From an uncultured Candidatus Saccharibacteria bacterium (GTDB lineage Bacteria; Patescibacteriota; Minisyncoccia; Phycocordibacterales; Zambryskibacteraceae), in NCBI GenBank assembly GCA_964348525.1, contig CAYGCY010000002.1, positions 9,726 through 73,725 on the forward strand: a DNA stretch of 64,000 bases. Reading direction: 5' to 3'. Every line of letters starts with the position of its first letter. Position 1 is the first letter of the stretch. This document shows positions 1-10,156 of this stretch, piece by piece. The position numbers and the translations under genes were made by a program. The notes below the pieces were generated by a model, which was not told where the DNA came from, made no database searches, and saw nothing but the letters and a program-made list of their open reading frames with translations.

Positions 1-741
1 CTGATGTGAACTCATTTCAAGAGAGAATATTCCTACAGGGGTCTGGTGGTCTATAGCCGTACGTCTTGCAATATCCAAGGCAAGCGCGGTTTTACCTACA
101 GACGGCCTTGCAGCAAGAATGATAAGGTCAGAAGGTTGGAAGCCTGCTAAAAGATTATCCAAACCCTTAAAACCGGTAGGAATTCCGCGTATCTCATGGG
201 GGGATTGTGAAAGGGCCTCTAATCTTTCGTAAGCTTCGTGAAGGAGGGGTTTCAAATCTTTAAAATTTTGGTTCAAAGAATATTTTTGTGTTACTTCAAA
301 AATCCTTTTTTCTGCATCATCAAGGAGATTTTCAAGTTCACCCGCTTCATCAAACCCTAGTCTAGTGACATGGTCAGCCGCTTCTATGAGAAGGCGCATC
401 AAATGTTTTTTCTGAATTATTTCCGCATAGTGTCTAGCATTGGCTGCGGTAGGAACACTTTGAGAAATTTCACCCAAATACTGCCTGCCTCCTATTGATT
501 CCAATAAGCCCTTATTTTCTAAGCGTTCAGAAACCGCAATGTGGTCTATTGGTTCGCGCTTATTTAAAAGCTCGAGCATAACTTCAAAAAGTTTTGCATG
601 TCTATCGGAGTAAAAACTGGCAGGGGTTATAAGATCAACTATTTCATATATAACCTCCGGTCTTAAAAATACAGATCCCAAAAGCGCCTTCTCTGCTTCC
701 AGAGATTGAGGGGGGACTCTTACAAATGAAGATTCAGCCAT
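1..741 (-). CDS. dnaB: Replicative DNA helicase DnaB, N-terminal part; the C-terminus lies beyond the window start
   Basis: Minus-strand translation of 100-290 gives RGIPTGFKGLDNLLAGFQPSDLIILAARPSVGKTALALDIARRTAIDHQTPVGIFSLEMSS, a DnaB Walker A region. ATG (complement) at 739-741. Not in the ORF track because it is truncated by the window edge. Confidence 0.7.
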   Translation of the reverse strand, partial: MAESSFVRVPPQSLEAEKALLGSVFLRPEVIYEIVDLITPASFYSDRHAKLFEVMLELLNKREPIDHIAVSERLENKGLLESIGGRQYLGEISQSVPTAANARHYAEIIQKKHLMRLLIEAADHVTRLGFDEAGELENLLDDAEKRIFEVTQKYSLNQNFKDLKPLLHEAYERLEALSQSPHEIRGIPTGFKGLDNLLAGFQPSDLIILAARPSVGKTALALDIARRTAIDHQTPVGIFSLEMSSHQ

Positions 742-790
742 GTGTGAACTATATAACCAGTAGGGAAATCAAAAAAGCCCGATTTTGTGC

Positions 791-2128
791 TTAAATTGTT
801 GATAAATTCTTTAGAACACGAGTTCCGGTGGGTGTGTCAAATATTGAATATCCTTTCGACACAATTTCTTCTCTGATTAAGTCAGATTTAGTGTAATCGT
901 TTTCTGCCCGCGCTCTGTTTCGAAGTTCTAGCATCTCTTCTATTTCTTGGGGAATTTGTTGCACTTCTTTTGCTAGCTTAGAAACCGGTATGCCAAGCAC
1001 TTTTTCAACAAAATCAAGATCTATTTCTTTCATAGATGCTATAGCTTGTGCAGTATTTAAATCGTCGCCCACATATTCCAAAAGGTGCTCATCTTTAGTT
1101 GAGTTACCAACAAGAGCGAATTGGTGCACCCATTTTTCCAAATTCGTTTGAGATGCTTCTACTGAAGTTTTTGAAAAGTCCAATGGTGTTCTGTAGTGAG
1201 TCATTAAGAAAAGCCATCTTAATGAAAGGGGGTGGATTTTCCATTCATTCAAATCCTGCATTCTTACAACATTTCCTTCGGATTTTGCCATTTTTGAATC
1301 ACCGAAATTTACAAATGCGGAGTGCATAAAAAAGTTAGCGAATTTTTTTCCAGTAGCTCCTTCCGATTGAGCTATTTCATTATTGTGATGAATTGGTGCA
1401 AGGTCTATTCCTCCAGTATGAATATCTAAAGTTTCAGTCTTTAGGGTTCGCATAGACATGGCAGAGCACTCTATGTGCCAGCCAGGGAAGCCTTTTCCGT
1501 ATGGAGACTCAAATCCGTATTCGGAATTTTTTTTCCAAAGAGAAAAATCACGCGAGTTTTTTTTGTTGGGGTGGGGGATTGCTTTTAATTCTTCTGCTTT
1601 TGGCAATCCAGGGAGTGCTCCGTAATCAGAGAAATTTTCTGTATCAAAATAAATTCCGTCTTCAGTCTCATACGCCAAGCCCTTTGCCAAAAGTTTTTGT
1701 ATTAAATTCAAATCTTCACTTACATACATAGAGTCAGATGCGCGTGGCATATGGTGAGGAAAAAGAATGTTTAAGGAGGCTAAATCTTTTTTGAATGCTT
1801 CCATGTATTTGGTACCCAAATCGTGCATGGCGTTCATAGTAAAAGGTAGGCCTTCTCTTTTTAGACCCTTTGTCATTTTGTCCTCTCCCTCATCAACATC
1901 GCCCGAAAGATGCCCTATATCGGTAATGTTTATTGTCTGCTCAACGTTGTAGCCCGTATATTCGAGAACTCTTCGCAAGGTATCTGCAAAGACAAAAGAC
2001 CTCATATTCCCAACGTGTACATAGTCATAAACCGTGGGCCCGCAATGGTAGAGAGTAGTCCTTGTATCGTCTAAAGGAGCAAAAACCTCTTTCTGCCCAC
2101 TTAAAGAATTGAAAAATTTTAGATCCAT
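791..2128 (-). CDS. cysS: Cysteinyl-tRNA synthetase
   Basis: Class I HIGH-type motif (HVGN) and KMSKS-type motif (KMAKS). 445 aa. Confidence 0.9.
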   Translation of the reverse strand: MDLKFFNSLSGQKEVFAPLDDTRTTLYHCGPTVYDYVHVGNMRSFVFADTLRRVLEYTGYNVEQTINITDIGHLSGDVDEGEDKMTKGLKREGLPFTMNAMHDLGTKYMEAFKKDLASLNILFPHHMPRASDSMYVSEDLNLIQKLLAKGLAYETEDGIYFDTENFSDYGALPGLPKAEELKAIPHPNKKNSRDFSLWKKNSEYGFESPYGKGFPGWHIECSAMSMRTLKTETLDIHTGGIDLAPIHHNNEIAQSEGATGKKFANFFMHSAFVNFGDSKMAKSEGNVVRMQDLNEWKIHPLSLRWLFLMTHYRTPLDFSKTSVEASQTNLEKWVHQFALVGNSTKDEHLLEYVGDDLNTAQAIASMKEIDLDFVEKVLGIPVSKLAKEVQQIPQEIEEMLELRNRARAENDYTKSDLIREEIVSKGYSIFDTPTGTRVLKNLSTI

Positions 2129-2215
2129 TTTTTGGGATTATTATACCACTCGGTTTTCTTTTAATTTCCCCAATTTTTTCTTCCAGAAATAATTCTTTAT
2201 GAGATAATTTCCCAA

Positions 2216-3481
2216 ATGCGTAACAATGCAAATATCTCAAAAGGTGCTGTTTACATAATTTTAATTCTCGCAGGTTTTTACGTGGGTTTTAACGTAGGAG
2301 AAGGGAAATCTCTTTCAAGGGTTCCTGCGCTATCTAACACAGAAGAGTTCAAACCGGAATCCGCAGATTTTTCTCCATTTTGGAAAGTATGGAATATCTT
2401 GGATGAAAAATTTGTAGCAACAGCATCTTCCACAGATCAAATAAGCAATCAAGAAAAAGTGTGGGGGGCAGCGCAAGGTTTGGCTTCCTCATTTAAAGAT
2501 CCATACACAGTATTCATGCCACCTGTTCAGGCCGAAATTTTCCAAGATGATGTAAGAGGTAATTTCGAAGGAGTGGGGATGGAGGTTGCTGTCAAAGATA
2601 ATGCTCTTATGGTTATAGCGCCCCTCAAGGATACTCCTGCTTACAAAGCTGGAATAAAAGCTGGAGATGTAATTATAAAAATAGATGACAAGGCTATTGT
2701 TGGCTTCACTACAGAAAGAGCAATAGCAATGATTAGAGGCAAAAAAGGAACTCCAGTTAGATTTACCATAATGAGAGTAGGGTCTAAACAGCCAATAGAG
2801 ATAACAGTAGTGAGAGATACTATAAATATTCCAGCAATAAAAACAGAACTAAAGCCAAGTGGGGTGTTTGTTATTGCTTTGTACAGCTTCTCTGCTACTT
2901 CTCCGGATTTATTTAGGAATGCACTAAGAGAATTTATAAACGCACAAACAGACAAGCTCGTAGTGGATTTGCGTGGAAACCCCGGAGGTTATTTGGAAGC
3001 TGCTATAGACATGGCGAGCTGGTTTTTACCACTAGGGAAAAAGGTTGTGGAAGAAGATTTTGGTAAAAAAAGAGAGCCAATAGTATACAAGAGCAAGGGG
3101 TACGATGTTTTCAACGACAAACTAAAGATGGTTATATTAATAGACGGGGGCTCTGCTTCTGCGTCTGAAATTTTGGCAGGAGCTCTCAACGAGCAGGGGA
3201 TTGCCGTCTTGGTAGGACAAAAAAGCTTTGGAAAAGGATCAGTACAGGAGCTTATCCCTATAACCAGCGATACCTCTCTAAAGGTGACTGTAGCAAGATG
3301 GCTCACTCCTAAAGGCAACTCCATATCTTTGTCGGGTGTTATACCAGAATTTAAGGTGGAACTAGATCAAGAAAAGTTTAAGGTAGGCGTTGATACACAA
3401 ATGAAAAAAGCAGAAGAGATACTTTTGGATCAGTCGTTCTGGAATACTAGGTGGCATGACATGGGACTTGATAACCTGTAG
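2216..3481 (+). CDS. ctpA: Carboxyl-terminal processing protease (S41 family) with PDZ domain
   Basis: N-terminal TM anchor, PDZ-like segment, S41 motif GGSASASEILAGAL. Confidence 0.85.
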   Translation: MRNNANISKGAVYIILILAGFYVGFNVGEGKSLSRVPALSNTEEFKPESADFSPFWKVWNILDEKFVATASSTDQISNQEKVWGAAQGLASSFKDPYTVFMPPVQAEIFQDDVRGNFEGVGMEVAVKDNALMVIAPLKDTPAYKAGIKAGDVIIKIDDKAIVGFTTERAIAMIRGKKGTPVRFTIMRVGSKQPIEITVVRDTINIPAIKTELKPSGVFVIALYSFSATSPDLFRNALREFINAQTDKLVVDLRGNPGGYLEAAIDMASWFLPLGKKVVEEDFGKKREPIVYKSKGYDVFNDKLKMVILIDGGSASASEILAGALNEQGIAVLVGQKSFGKGSVQELIPITSDTSLKVTVARWLTPKGNSISLSGVIPEFKVELDQEKFKVGVDTQMKKAEEILLDQSFWNTRWHDMGLDNL

Positions 3482-3492
3482 AATTCGTCCTT

Positions 3493-3936
3493 ATGAGAAT
3501 TATCCTTTTGAAAGACGTCCCCAAGGTGGGAAGAAAATTTGAGGTAAAAGAAGTATCTGATGGATATGCAAATAATTTGTTATTTCCTAGAGGTTTAGCA
3601 GAAATGGCGACTCCACAAGCCCTGGTAAAACTACATAAAGAAATTGAGGCGAGCGTTGAATCAAAAAAAATTGAACTAGATCTTCTTCATAAAAATTTTA
3701 ATACACTAAAAAATACAGAAGTAAAACTTATTAAGCCAGCTAATGAAGAAGGGCATCTTTTTGCAGGAGTAAAAGAAATTGAAATAAAAAATGCTATTGA
3801 AACACAATTAGGAATTACTCTGCCAAAAGATTTTATAGATTTGGAACATCCATTAAAAACTGTGGGGGAACATTCAGTAAACATTAAATCGGGAAATATA
3901 AAAGGAACAATAAAAATAATTATTGAAACCGAATAA
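3493..3936 (+). CDS. rplI: Ribosomal protein L9
   Basis: MRIILLKDVPKVGRKFEVKEVSDGYANNLLFPRGLA, a typical L9 N-terminus. Confidence 0.9.
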   Translation: MRIILLKDVPKVGRKFEVKEVSDGYANNLLFPRGLAEMATPQALVKLHKEIEASVESKKIELDLLHKNFNTLKNTEVKLIKPANEEGHLFAGVKEIEIKNAIETQLGITLPKDFIDLEHPLKTVGEHSVNIKSGNIKGTIKIIIETE

Positions 3937-3941
3937 CAAAG

Positions 3942-3970
3942 CCGGCGCACCCCCGTTCAGGGCGCGCCGG
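3942..3970. terminator. GC-rich hairpin between rplI and a small convergent ORF
   Basis: ccggcgc...gcgccgg 7-bp stem with a 15-nt loop. Weak T-run. Confidence 0.4.
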
Positions 3971-3989
3971 TAAATTTGAGCCTCTAGTG

Positions 3990-4226
3990 CTACCCATGTT
4001 TTTCAACGTGAGAATCGTAGAGTTCTCGTTTGATACGTGCATGACAGCGCGGGCACTCTGTGCAACATGGCGCTACGTGTATGACCTCTTGGGAGCCAAC
4101 ATGACAGGCACAGTTGCAGAGTTCGTCATTTGTGACGACCAGTGCATGGTTTATGTGCCCACATGCATAGCATGTAAACGATGTGCCCAAATCACGTCCG
4201 CACCTCTCACAGCGATTGTGCAACAT
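3990..4226 (-). CDS. Small Cys-rich zinc-ribbon-like protein (GC-rich cassette). Start chosen at the internal ATG with a GGAGGG SD.
   Basis: Four CxxC-type pairs (CERCGRD, CYACGH, CNCACH, CCTECPRCH). SD GGAGGG 7 nt upstream of ATG at 4224-4226. The region is about 50% GC against an AT-rich backbone. An antisense 87-aa ORF on the plus strand is the alternative. Confidence 0.4.
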   Translation of the reverse strand: MLHNRCERCGRDLGTSFTCYACGHINHALVVTNDELCNCACHVGSQEVIHVAPCCTECPRCHARIKRELYDSHVEKHG

Positions 4227-4273
4227 GGCAAAACCCTCCATAGCGGGTAATTTCTATATCAAATTTATCACAC

Positions 4274-4552
4274 CTACTGAGGAATTACATCAAAAACTTT
4301 CTTTGATTTTGATTCACCATTGAAATGAGTTTTACGGGTTGTTCGAAGCTCTAGTTTTCCGGAGGCTAGTGCAAAAAGAGTTCTGTCAGAGCCCATACCT
4401 ACATTTTGTCCTGGGAGAATGTGGGTGCCTCTTTGACGTACCAAAATAGAGCCAGTTTTAACAACGTCTCCTGGGGTTACCTTGATTCCTAGGTATTTAG
4501 GATTTGAATCTCGACCGTTTTTTGTTGTACCTGCGGCTTTCTTATGTGCCAT
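4274..4552 (-). CDS. rpmA: Ribosomal protein L27
   Basis: [24 protein letters not shown], a canonical L27 N-terminus. Confidence 0.9.
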   Translation of the reverse strand: MAHKKAAGTTKNGRDSNPKYLGIKVTPGDVVKTGSILVRQRGTHILPGQNVGMGSDRTLFALASGKLELRTTRKTHFNGESKSKKVFDVIPQ

Positions 4553-4574
4553 ATTGTTTCTATAATATTAGGCA

Positions 4575-4754
4575 ATGAGTATAACCCAGCTTAAGAACTG
4601 GCGCAAGGCTTTAGAGGCCCTTGTTTCTTCAAATAAGAGATTTGTTTATACGGTAGCGTTTTTAGGCTTATCTTTGATTCTAGGCTCATTTTTACTCATA
4701 AATACTATCCTAGAAAGGCCAGATGTCGTTATATACAGAGACCAGCAAGGATAA
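4575..4754 (+). CDS. Possible small membrane peptide (59 aa) upstream of the FtsX-like permease
   Basis: MSITQLKNWRKALEALVSSNKRFVYTVAFLGLSLILGSFLLINTILERPDVVIYRDQQG, with one predicted TM helix. Below the ORF-track size cut-off. No motif support. Confidence 0.2.
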   Translation: MSITQLKNWRKALEALVSSNKRFVYTVAFLGLSLILGSFLLINTILERPDVVIYRDQQG

Positions 4755-4772
4755 ATGATATAAACTTAAAAA

Positions 4773-6074
4773 GTGAGAAGAATTTCTGATAAATTAGCCC
4801 GTTTTAAAACTAGACTTTTAGTAGGGACGTTCCTTGCTTATCGCCAAGTAAGAAGGGCCTCTTTGGCTACAACCCTGCTCATTATTTTTGTCATGATGCT
4901 TACTTTTTTGAACCTTGTCGTAGTGAGAGGGGTATTGGTAGGACTTTTGCAGGGCTCTACTAATGTTTATCAATCAAGGTATTCCGGAGATGTACTTATC
5001 ACAGCTCTACCCAAAAAGAATTTCATAGAAAACAGCTCGTCTGTAATTGAGACAATAGAAAAAATGCCGTGGGTAGAAAAATACTCATACAGGTATGTTG
5101 AGGGAGGAACAATAGAGGCCGGTTATAAATCGAGAGTGAAGCTCACAGATGATCCCAATTCTGCAGCGAGCTCTATTGTTGGGATAGACCCAAAGTTAGA
5201 AAACGAGGCAACGGGGCTGGGGGAAGTAATGATAGAGGGCCAATATTTAACTCCGGACGATGCAGATGGAATATTAATTGGCAGTAATATGCTAAAAAAA
5301 TATTTAGACATAGAAGCGCCGGGAATTTCTCTTTTAGAGAATGTGGAAATAGGGGACAAGGTTCGTCTTACCATTGGGGACAACCGAAAAGAATTTATAG
5401 TAAAAGGATTTCTTAGGGGCAAGGTGGATGCCGTTGATTTTAGGGCCTTTATTTTGGATACCACTTTTAGAAATATCACAAATAGAAAAGATTTTAATGT
5501 AAATGAAATCAGTATCATTTTGAAAAAAGGGGTCGATCCTTATGTCGTAAAAAACGCTCTCCTTCTCTCGGGCATTGGGGAAGTGGGGAGAGTCCAAACT
5601 TGGGATGAATCTTTGCCTAAATTCTTGATAGATATACAAAATACTTTTGGCCTCTTGGGGAATGTGGTTGGCTCCATAGGACTTGTGGTCGCTTCTATTA
5701 CCATTTTTATAGTTATTTTCGTTAATGCAATTACAAGAAGAAAATATATAGGAATATTGAAGGGTATTGGTATTTCTTCAGGTTCAATCGAAATTGCGTA
5801 TGTTATGCAGTCTATCTTTTACGCTTTGCTGGGAATACTGGCGGGCTTTATTATTATTTACGCATTTTTGGTGCCCTTTTTCTTGGCCTACCCCATAAAA
5901 TTTCCATTTAGCGATGGAATACTAGTTGCAGAAGTTCCTAATACCGTGGTGAGAGCGGTGCTTCTTCTTATAGCCACTATTATTGCTGGCTTTATACCGG
6001 CAAGAATTGTTGTGAAGCAAAACACACTTGATGCGATTCTAGGAAGAACCAATAAAAAACAAAAACATGGATAA
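4773..6074 (+). CDS. ABC transporter permease, FtsX/MacB-like
   Basis: N-terminal TM, large periplasmic domain, three C-terminal TM helices. Followed by an ABC ATPase and an HlyD adaptor. Confidence 0.8.
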   Translation: MRRISDKLARFKTRLLVGTFLAYRQVRRASLATTLLIIFVMMLTFLNLVVVRGVLVGLLQGSTNVYQSRYSGDVLITALPKKNFIENSSSVIETIEKMPWVEKYSYRYVEGGTIEAGYKSRVKLTDDPNSAASSIVGIDPKLENEATGLGEVMIEGQYLTPDDADGILIGSNMLKKYLDIEAPGISLLENVEIGDKVRLTIGDNRKEFIVKGFLRGKVDAVDFRAFILDTTFRNITNRKDFNVNEISIILKKGVDPYVVKNALLLSGIGEVGRVQTWDESLPKFLIDIQNTFGLLGNVVGSIGLVVASITIFIVIFVNAITRRKYIGILKGIGISSGSIEIAYVMQSIFYALLGILAGFIIIYAFLVPFFLAYPIKFPFSDGILVAEVPNTVVRAVLLLIATIIAGFIPARIVVKQNTLDAILGRTNKKQKHG

Positions 6075-6765
6075 TAATTTTGTAATAGAATCCAAAAAAT
6101 TAGTAAAGTCTTTCCCGTCAGGGAGTGGTGTCCTTGTTGTGCTTAAGGGTTTAGATTTTTCTGTAAAGAGGGGAGAGTATGTAGCGGTAACGGGGAGGTC
6201 GGGTTCTGGGAAGTCCACCCTTCTTTATTTGCTGGGGCTCCTCGATGAACCTACAGACGGAGAGATTTTAATAGAAAACATTTCTACAAAAAATCTTACT
6301 AATGAAGAGCGAACAAAGATGAGACTAAATGCCTTGGGCTATATATTTCAAGACTACGCGCTCGTTCCTGAATTAACTAGTGTAGAAAATGTTGTGGCCC
6401 CACTTTTAATGCAGGGGTTGGATAAAAATACGGCAATAGAAAAGGCCAAAAAATCTTTAGACAAGATGGGTTTGTCGGGTAGACATGATAATTTACCGAG
6501 CCAGCTTTCAGGCGGAGAACAACAAAGAGTCGCTATTGCGAGAGCTATCGCCCATGAACCAAAAATACTTTTTGCTGATGAGCCCACAGCTAATCTGGAT
6601 CTTGAAACTTCAAATATAGTGTTGGGTATTTTTGATACGTTGCATAAAGAAGGACAAACTATAATAATGGTTACCCACGAGCCAGAGTTTGCTGAAAGAA
6701 CGGAGAGGATTGTCTTGTTATCAGATGGGGTCATAAAGTCTGATGATAAAATAAAAAGAGAATGA
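6067..6765 (+). CDS. ABC transporter ATP-binding protein (MacB/LolD-like)
   Basis: Walker [15 protein letters not shown] signature LSGGEQQRVAIARA, Walker B ILFADEPT. Confidence 0.9.
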   Translation: MDNNFVIESKKLVKSFPSGSGVLVVLKGLDFSVKRGEYVAVTGRSGSGKSTLLYLLGLLDEPTDGEILIENISTKNLTNEERTKMRLNALGYIFQDYALVPELTSVENVVAPLLMQGLDKNTAIEKAKKSLDKMGLSGRHDNLPSQLSGGEQQRVAIARAIAHEPKILFADEPTANLDLETSNIVLGIFDTLHKEGQTIIMVTHEPEFAERTERIVLLSDGVIKSDDKIKRE

Positions 6766-8282
6766 AAGGAGTACTAAATAAAATAAAATATTTCATATTG
6801 AGTCACAAAAAGATTGCTATTTCCGTAGCGCTGGTGGTTTTCTTGGTAGTAATATTTGTAAGCCAAAACGGCAAAAAAGAGCTCACTTACACTGTGGAAA
6901 GGGGTAGTTTGAGCCTTATTATTAAGGCCACCGGCAATTTGAAGGCTTCGGAAAACGCTTCACTTTCATTTGGAAGAAGTGGCACGGTAACGAAAATCAA
7001 TTTTCAGGCGGGAGACAAAGTGAAGGCAGGGGAGGAGATATCCAGTTTGAATTTGAGTTCCTTGTACGCAGATTTAGCCAAATCAAAAAATGCTCTAGCC
7101 GAAACTAGTGTGTCTTCAGTAAAAACCATAAGAGAAACGGGGGATCAGTATTCTATAGAATTAAAGAAAGCCGTGTCTTCTATAACTGACGCTTATAACA
7201 AAGAAGACAACGCCATTAGAAATGATTTGGACAAATATTTTAGAGACCCCAATAAGGCGGGCGCGTATTTTCAATTACCGGGCTACCAGACCTCTTTTGA
7301 TGGGGTAGATTTAACGGGGGTAAATTCAAAGAGGTATCAAGTAGAGCTTGGTTTGGTAAATTTGGAAAAAATAATAAGAGATATTTCTCTCTCAACATCT
7401 CCAAATGATGCATCCAAAATAGACGAAGCCTTTTCTGTGGCTAGAAAAGAATTATCAAAAGCCATCAATCTTCTCGAAATCGTTGCTTCTTTAATAAATG
7501 GCCTGCAAAATTCAAGTTCTTCTGTAGATGCTACTCTCGAGGGGCATAAGAATAATGTTGCGGAGATAAGGGTGACTCTCGCTACCGCCTTGGTCAGTTT
7601 AGACTCTGCAATAGCTACGTGGAATACAGCTCCAAAATATTCAAATGCAGGTTCTTTAGAGAATAGTTTAGTAGCGGAATCACAACTCGAACAAAAAAAG
7701 GCAGACGTACAATCGATAGAAGCGCAAATAAGAGATTCTATTATTTTTAGTCCCTTGAATGGTTTAATTACAAAGAAAAACATTTCAATAGGAGAATCGG
7801 CAACTGCTGGGAAGGAAGCTTTCTTCGTTTTGGCCGACAAAGATTATTACATTGAAGCTAATGTGTCAGAAGTAAATATAGGAAAGGTAGCAATAGGAAA
7901 TACTGTAGACATTACGCTAGACGCCTATCCAGACAAGAAATTTTCAGGAAAAATCACTTATATAGAAAGTTCAGAAACCATTGTAGACGGTGTGGTGAAT
8001 TACAAAATAAAAGTATTTGGAAATATTCCTTCAAGCATTACGAGAAGCGGTTTGACGGCCAATCTGTCCATCCAAGGCGACTCGAGACAAAATGTTCTCA
8101 AGATTCCACTGTATGCTCTTACTAAAGAAGAAAGTGGTTATAAAGCTATAATTAAAAATGGTACCGGTGCTAAAAAAGCGTCTGTAGAAACTGGTTTTAG
8201 AGCTTCAGATGGCTTTGTTGAAGTGCTTTCGGGTTTGAAAGCGGGGGATATCGTGGTTTTGCCGGAGGTAGTGACAAAATAG
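6762..8282 (+). CDS. HlyD-family periplasmic adaptor / membrane fusion protein
   Basis: N-terminal TM, long coiled-coil, C-terminal beta-barrel-like region. Translationally coupled to the upstream ABC ATPase. Confidence 0.7.
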   Translation: MKGVLNKIKYFILSHKKIAISVALVVFLVVIFVSQNGKKELTYTVERGSLSLIIKATGNLKASENASLSFGRSGTVTKINFQAGDKVKAGEEISSLNLSSLYADLAKSKNALAETSVSSVKTIRETGDQYSIELKKAVSSITDAYNKEDNAIRNDLDKYFRDPNKAGAYFQLPGYQTSFDGVDLTGVNSKRYQVELGLVNLEKIIRDISLSTSPNDASKIDEAFSVARKELSKAINLLEIVASLINGLQNSSSSVDATLEGHKNNVAEIRVTLATALVSLDSAIATWNTAPKYSNAGSLENSLVAESQLEQKKADVQSIEAQIRDSIIFSPLNGLITKKNISIGESATAGKEAFFVLADKDYYIEANVSEVNIGKVAIGNTVDITLDAYPDKKFSGKITYIESSETIVDGVVNYKIKVFGNIPSSITRSGLTANLSIQGDSRQNVLKIPLYALTKEESGYKAIIKNGTGAKKASVETGFRASDGFVEVLSGLKAGDIVVLPEVVTK

Positions 8283-8545
8283 TATTTTTATTGTATAAAT
8301 AATGAGCAATAATATGGCTCTGTTTAGCCGTATTAACGCTTTTTTATAAAAAAAGTCCTTGACTTTGGGTAATGAAAATGCTACCATATTAATAACCCAG
8401 TAGAGCTGGGATTTTTATTTGGCATCGCATACGGGCGCCCGAAGTGGGCTACAGAAGTGAATGAAACAGCTAATGCCAATTACCAGTTAATTCAAGGCTT
8501 ATTTTATCTTTAACAACTCTCGGTTTACTCGCAGCTAATGTAAGT

Positions 8546-8950
8546 ATGAGTGCGGCCGCAATGGTCCCAACAGACCACGCGACTATCCCTCAAAAACCGT
8601 CCATAGTCGTCACAAAGAATTTGCCAAAAGCAAAGACAATCAAGGAACAAGTGGAAGCCTATTTCGCAGACATCCCAATGCTCGTAAGAGTAGCGGAGTG
8701 TGAATCTCATTTTCGTCAGTACGATGAAAATGGCGAAGTATTCCGCGGTATGGTTCCTCAAGATGTCGGTGTGATGCAGATCAATGAGAGATATTGGGGT
8801 GAAAATGCCGAGAAACTCGGTATAAATCTCTACACTACTCAAGGAAACATGCAATACGCTAGATATCTTTATGAAAAACAAGGACTTCGCCCATGGAAGG
8901 CATCGTCAGCTTGTTGGACTAAGGGTACGGAACTCGCTATAGCTAAGTAA
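8546..8950 (+). CDS. Lysozyme-like / transglycosylase-like domain protein
   Basis: AECESHF...VGVMQINERYWG resembles the catalytic Glu region of the lytic-transglycosylase/Rpf superfamily. Intermediate GC. Confidence 0.45.
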   Translation: MSAAAMVPTDHATIPQKPSIVVTKNLPKAKTIKEQVEAYFADIPMLVRVAECESHFRQYDENGEVFRGMVPQDVGVMQINERYWGENAEKLGINLYTTQGNMQYARYLYEKQGLRPWKASSACWTKGTELAIAK

Positions 8951-8957
8951 CCTACAA

Positions 8958-8990
8958 ACAAAAACCCGCGCTTAGCGCGGGTTTTTGTTT
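8958..8990. terminator. Bidirectional rho-independent terminator
   Basis: aaaaacccgcgcttagcgcgggtttttgttt: perfect GC stem flanked by A- and T-runs, between convergent genes. Confidence 0.85.
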
Positions 8991-9444
8991 AGACAAATTT
9001 CCCTGTAGTTTTCTTACTCTCTAAAAAGGTAGTTGCGAATATGAGAGTAGTGGTAAGGGCTGAGAATATACAATATAGACACCATGCCTCAATGACAAAT
9101 GCTTGAATATATGTGAAGCGTAAGGATGCAAGAAAACCTATGCCAGAAATTATTTGAAGCGCCCTCAAAATTTTGTGTGAAGAAACATTGTTTTCATCTT
9201 TCTCAAAAAACAAAATAGAGAAGGCAAAAAGTAGTAAGTAATAAACGAGGCCCATATAAGCGACGGGTATACCGAACATATAAGCGTATTCGCTAGTGGT
9301 TACTATGTCGCACCTGAAGCCCGTAACACAGGGTGGTATGACTTTACGGAAGTGCTCTATGGACAAATATAAAGAGTCCAAAAACCCTAAAATCGCCAAA
9401 ACAAAAATTATTATTTGATACTTACTGTGTTTTAGTATTTGCAT
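8989..9444 (-). CDS. Vitamin K epoxide reductase (VKOR)-family membrane protein
   Basis: Four TM helices, loop Cys pair (PPCVTGFRC) and CLYC active-site motif. Co-oriented with a DsbA-like gene. Confidence 0.7.
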   Translation of the reverse strand: MQILKHSKYQIIIFVLAILGFLDSLYLSIEHFRKVIPPCVTGFRCDIVTTSEYAYMFGIPVAYMGLVYYLLLFAFSILFFEKDENNVSSHKILRALQIISGIGFLASLRFTYIQAFVIEAWCLYCIFSALTTTLIFATTFLESKKTTGKFV

Positions 9445-10156
9445 TTGTTAATTCATTTTCTATAACTTTTTGGAACTCTGTTCCATTTTGGGGTAGGGGA
9501 ATCAGTTTGCCATTTATAAACAAGGACGGAGTGCCTGACAATTTCATGGCTCGTGCCTCATCTCGGCCACCTTTTATTTTGTCTTCTAGAGAGGCCAATT
9601 TCAAATCTCCGTTAAATTTGTCTATATTTAAACCAAGTTTAGTTGCGTAACCTAAAAACACAGCTGTGGGGTCGGTTGCATTAACCCACTCGCTTTGATT
9701 TGCGTATAGTAGGTCGAGCATTTCAAAAAATTTGCCCTGCATTCCAGAGGCCTCCGCTACTTTTGCAGATGCCAATGCTCTCGGGTGTATTTCAATAAGA
9801 GGGAAGTGACGGAAGACTATGGCTACTTCACCTTTGTATATTTCGACAGCTTGCTTGAGTAATGCAGAGTATGAGGCGCAGGCAGGGCATTGAAAATCAC
9901 CGTATTCGACTATAACAACTTTTGCATTTCTATTGCCGTACCAATGATCATTTTCTGTAACAGGGTATTTTTGCAAATCAGTAGCATCACCTGTCACAGA
10001 AGAGCTTTTACGAGAAGATAGACCTATAACAATAAGAGAAAGCGCTAGTAAACCAACTAAACCCCACAATAATTTATTTTTCATACTCGTGTAGTATAAC
10101 TTTTTGAATAAACGAAAACCACCTCGGTTTTGAGGTGGTTTATTTCTATTATCCAA
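9422..10156 (-). CDS. DsbA-like thiol:disulfide oxidoreductase (thioredoxin fold)
   Basis: N-terminal TM/signal, CPAC active site (FQCPACASY). Confidence 0.8.
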   Translation of the reverse strand: MDNRNKPPQNRGGFRLFKKLYYTSMKNKLLWGLVGLLALSLIVIGLSSRKSSSVTGDATDLQKYPVTENDHWYGNRNAKVVIVEYGDFQCPACASYSALLKQAVEIYKGEVAIVFRHFPLIEIHPRALASAKVAEASGMQGKFFEMLDLLYANQSEWVNATDPTAVFLGYATKLGLNIDKFNGDLKLASLEDKIKGGRDEARAMKLSGTPSLFINGKLIPLPQNGTEFQKVIENELTNANTKTQ

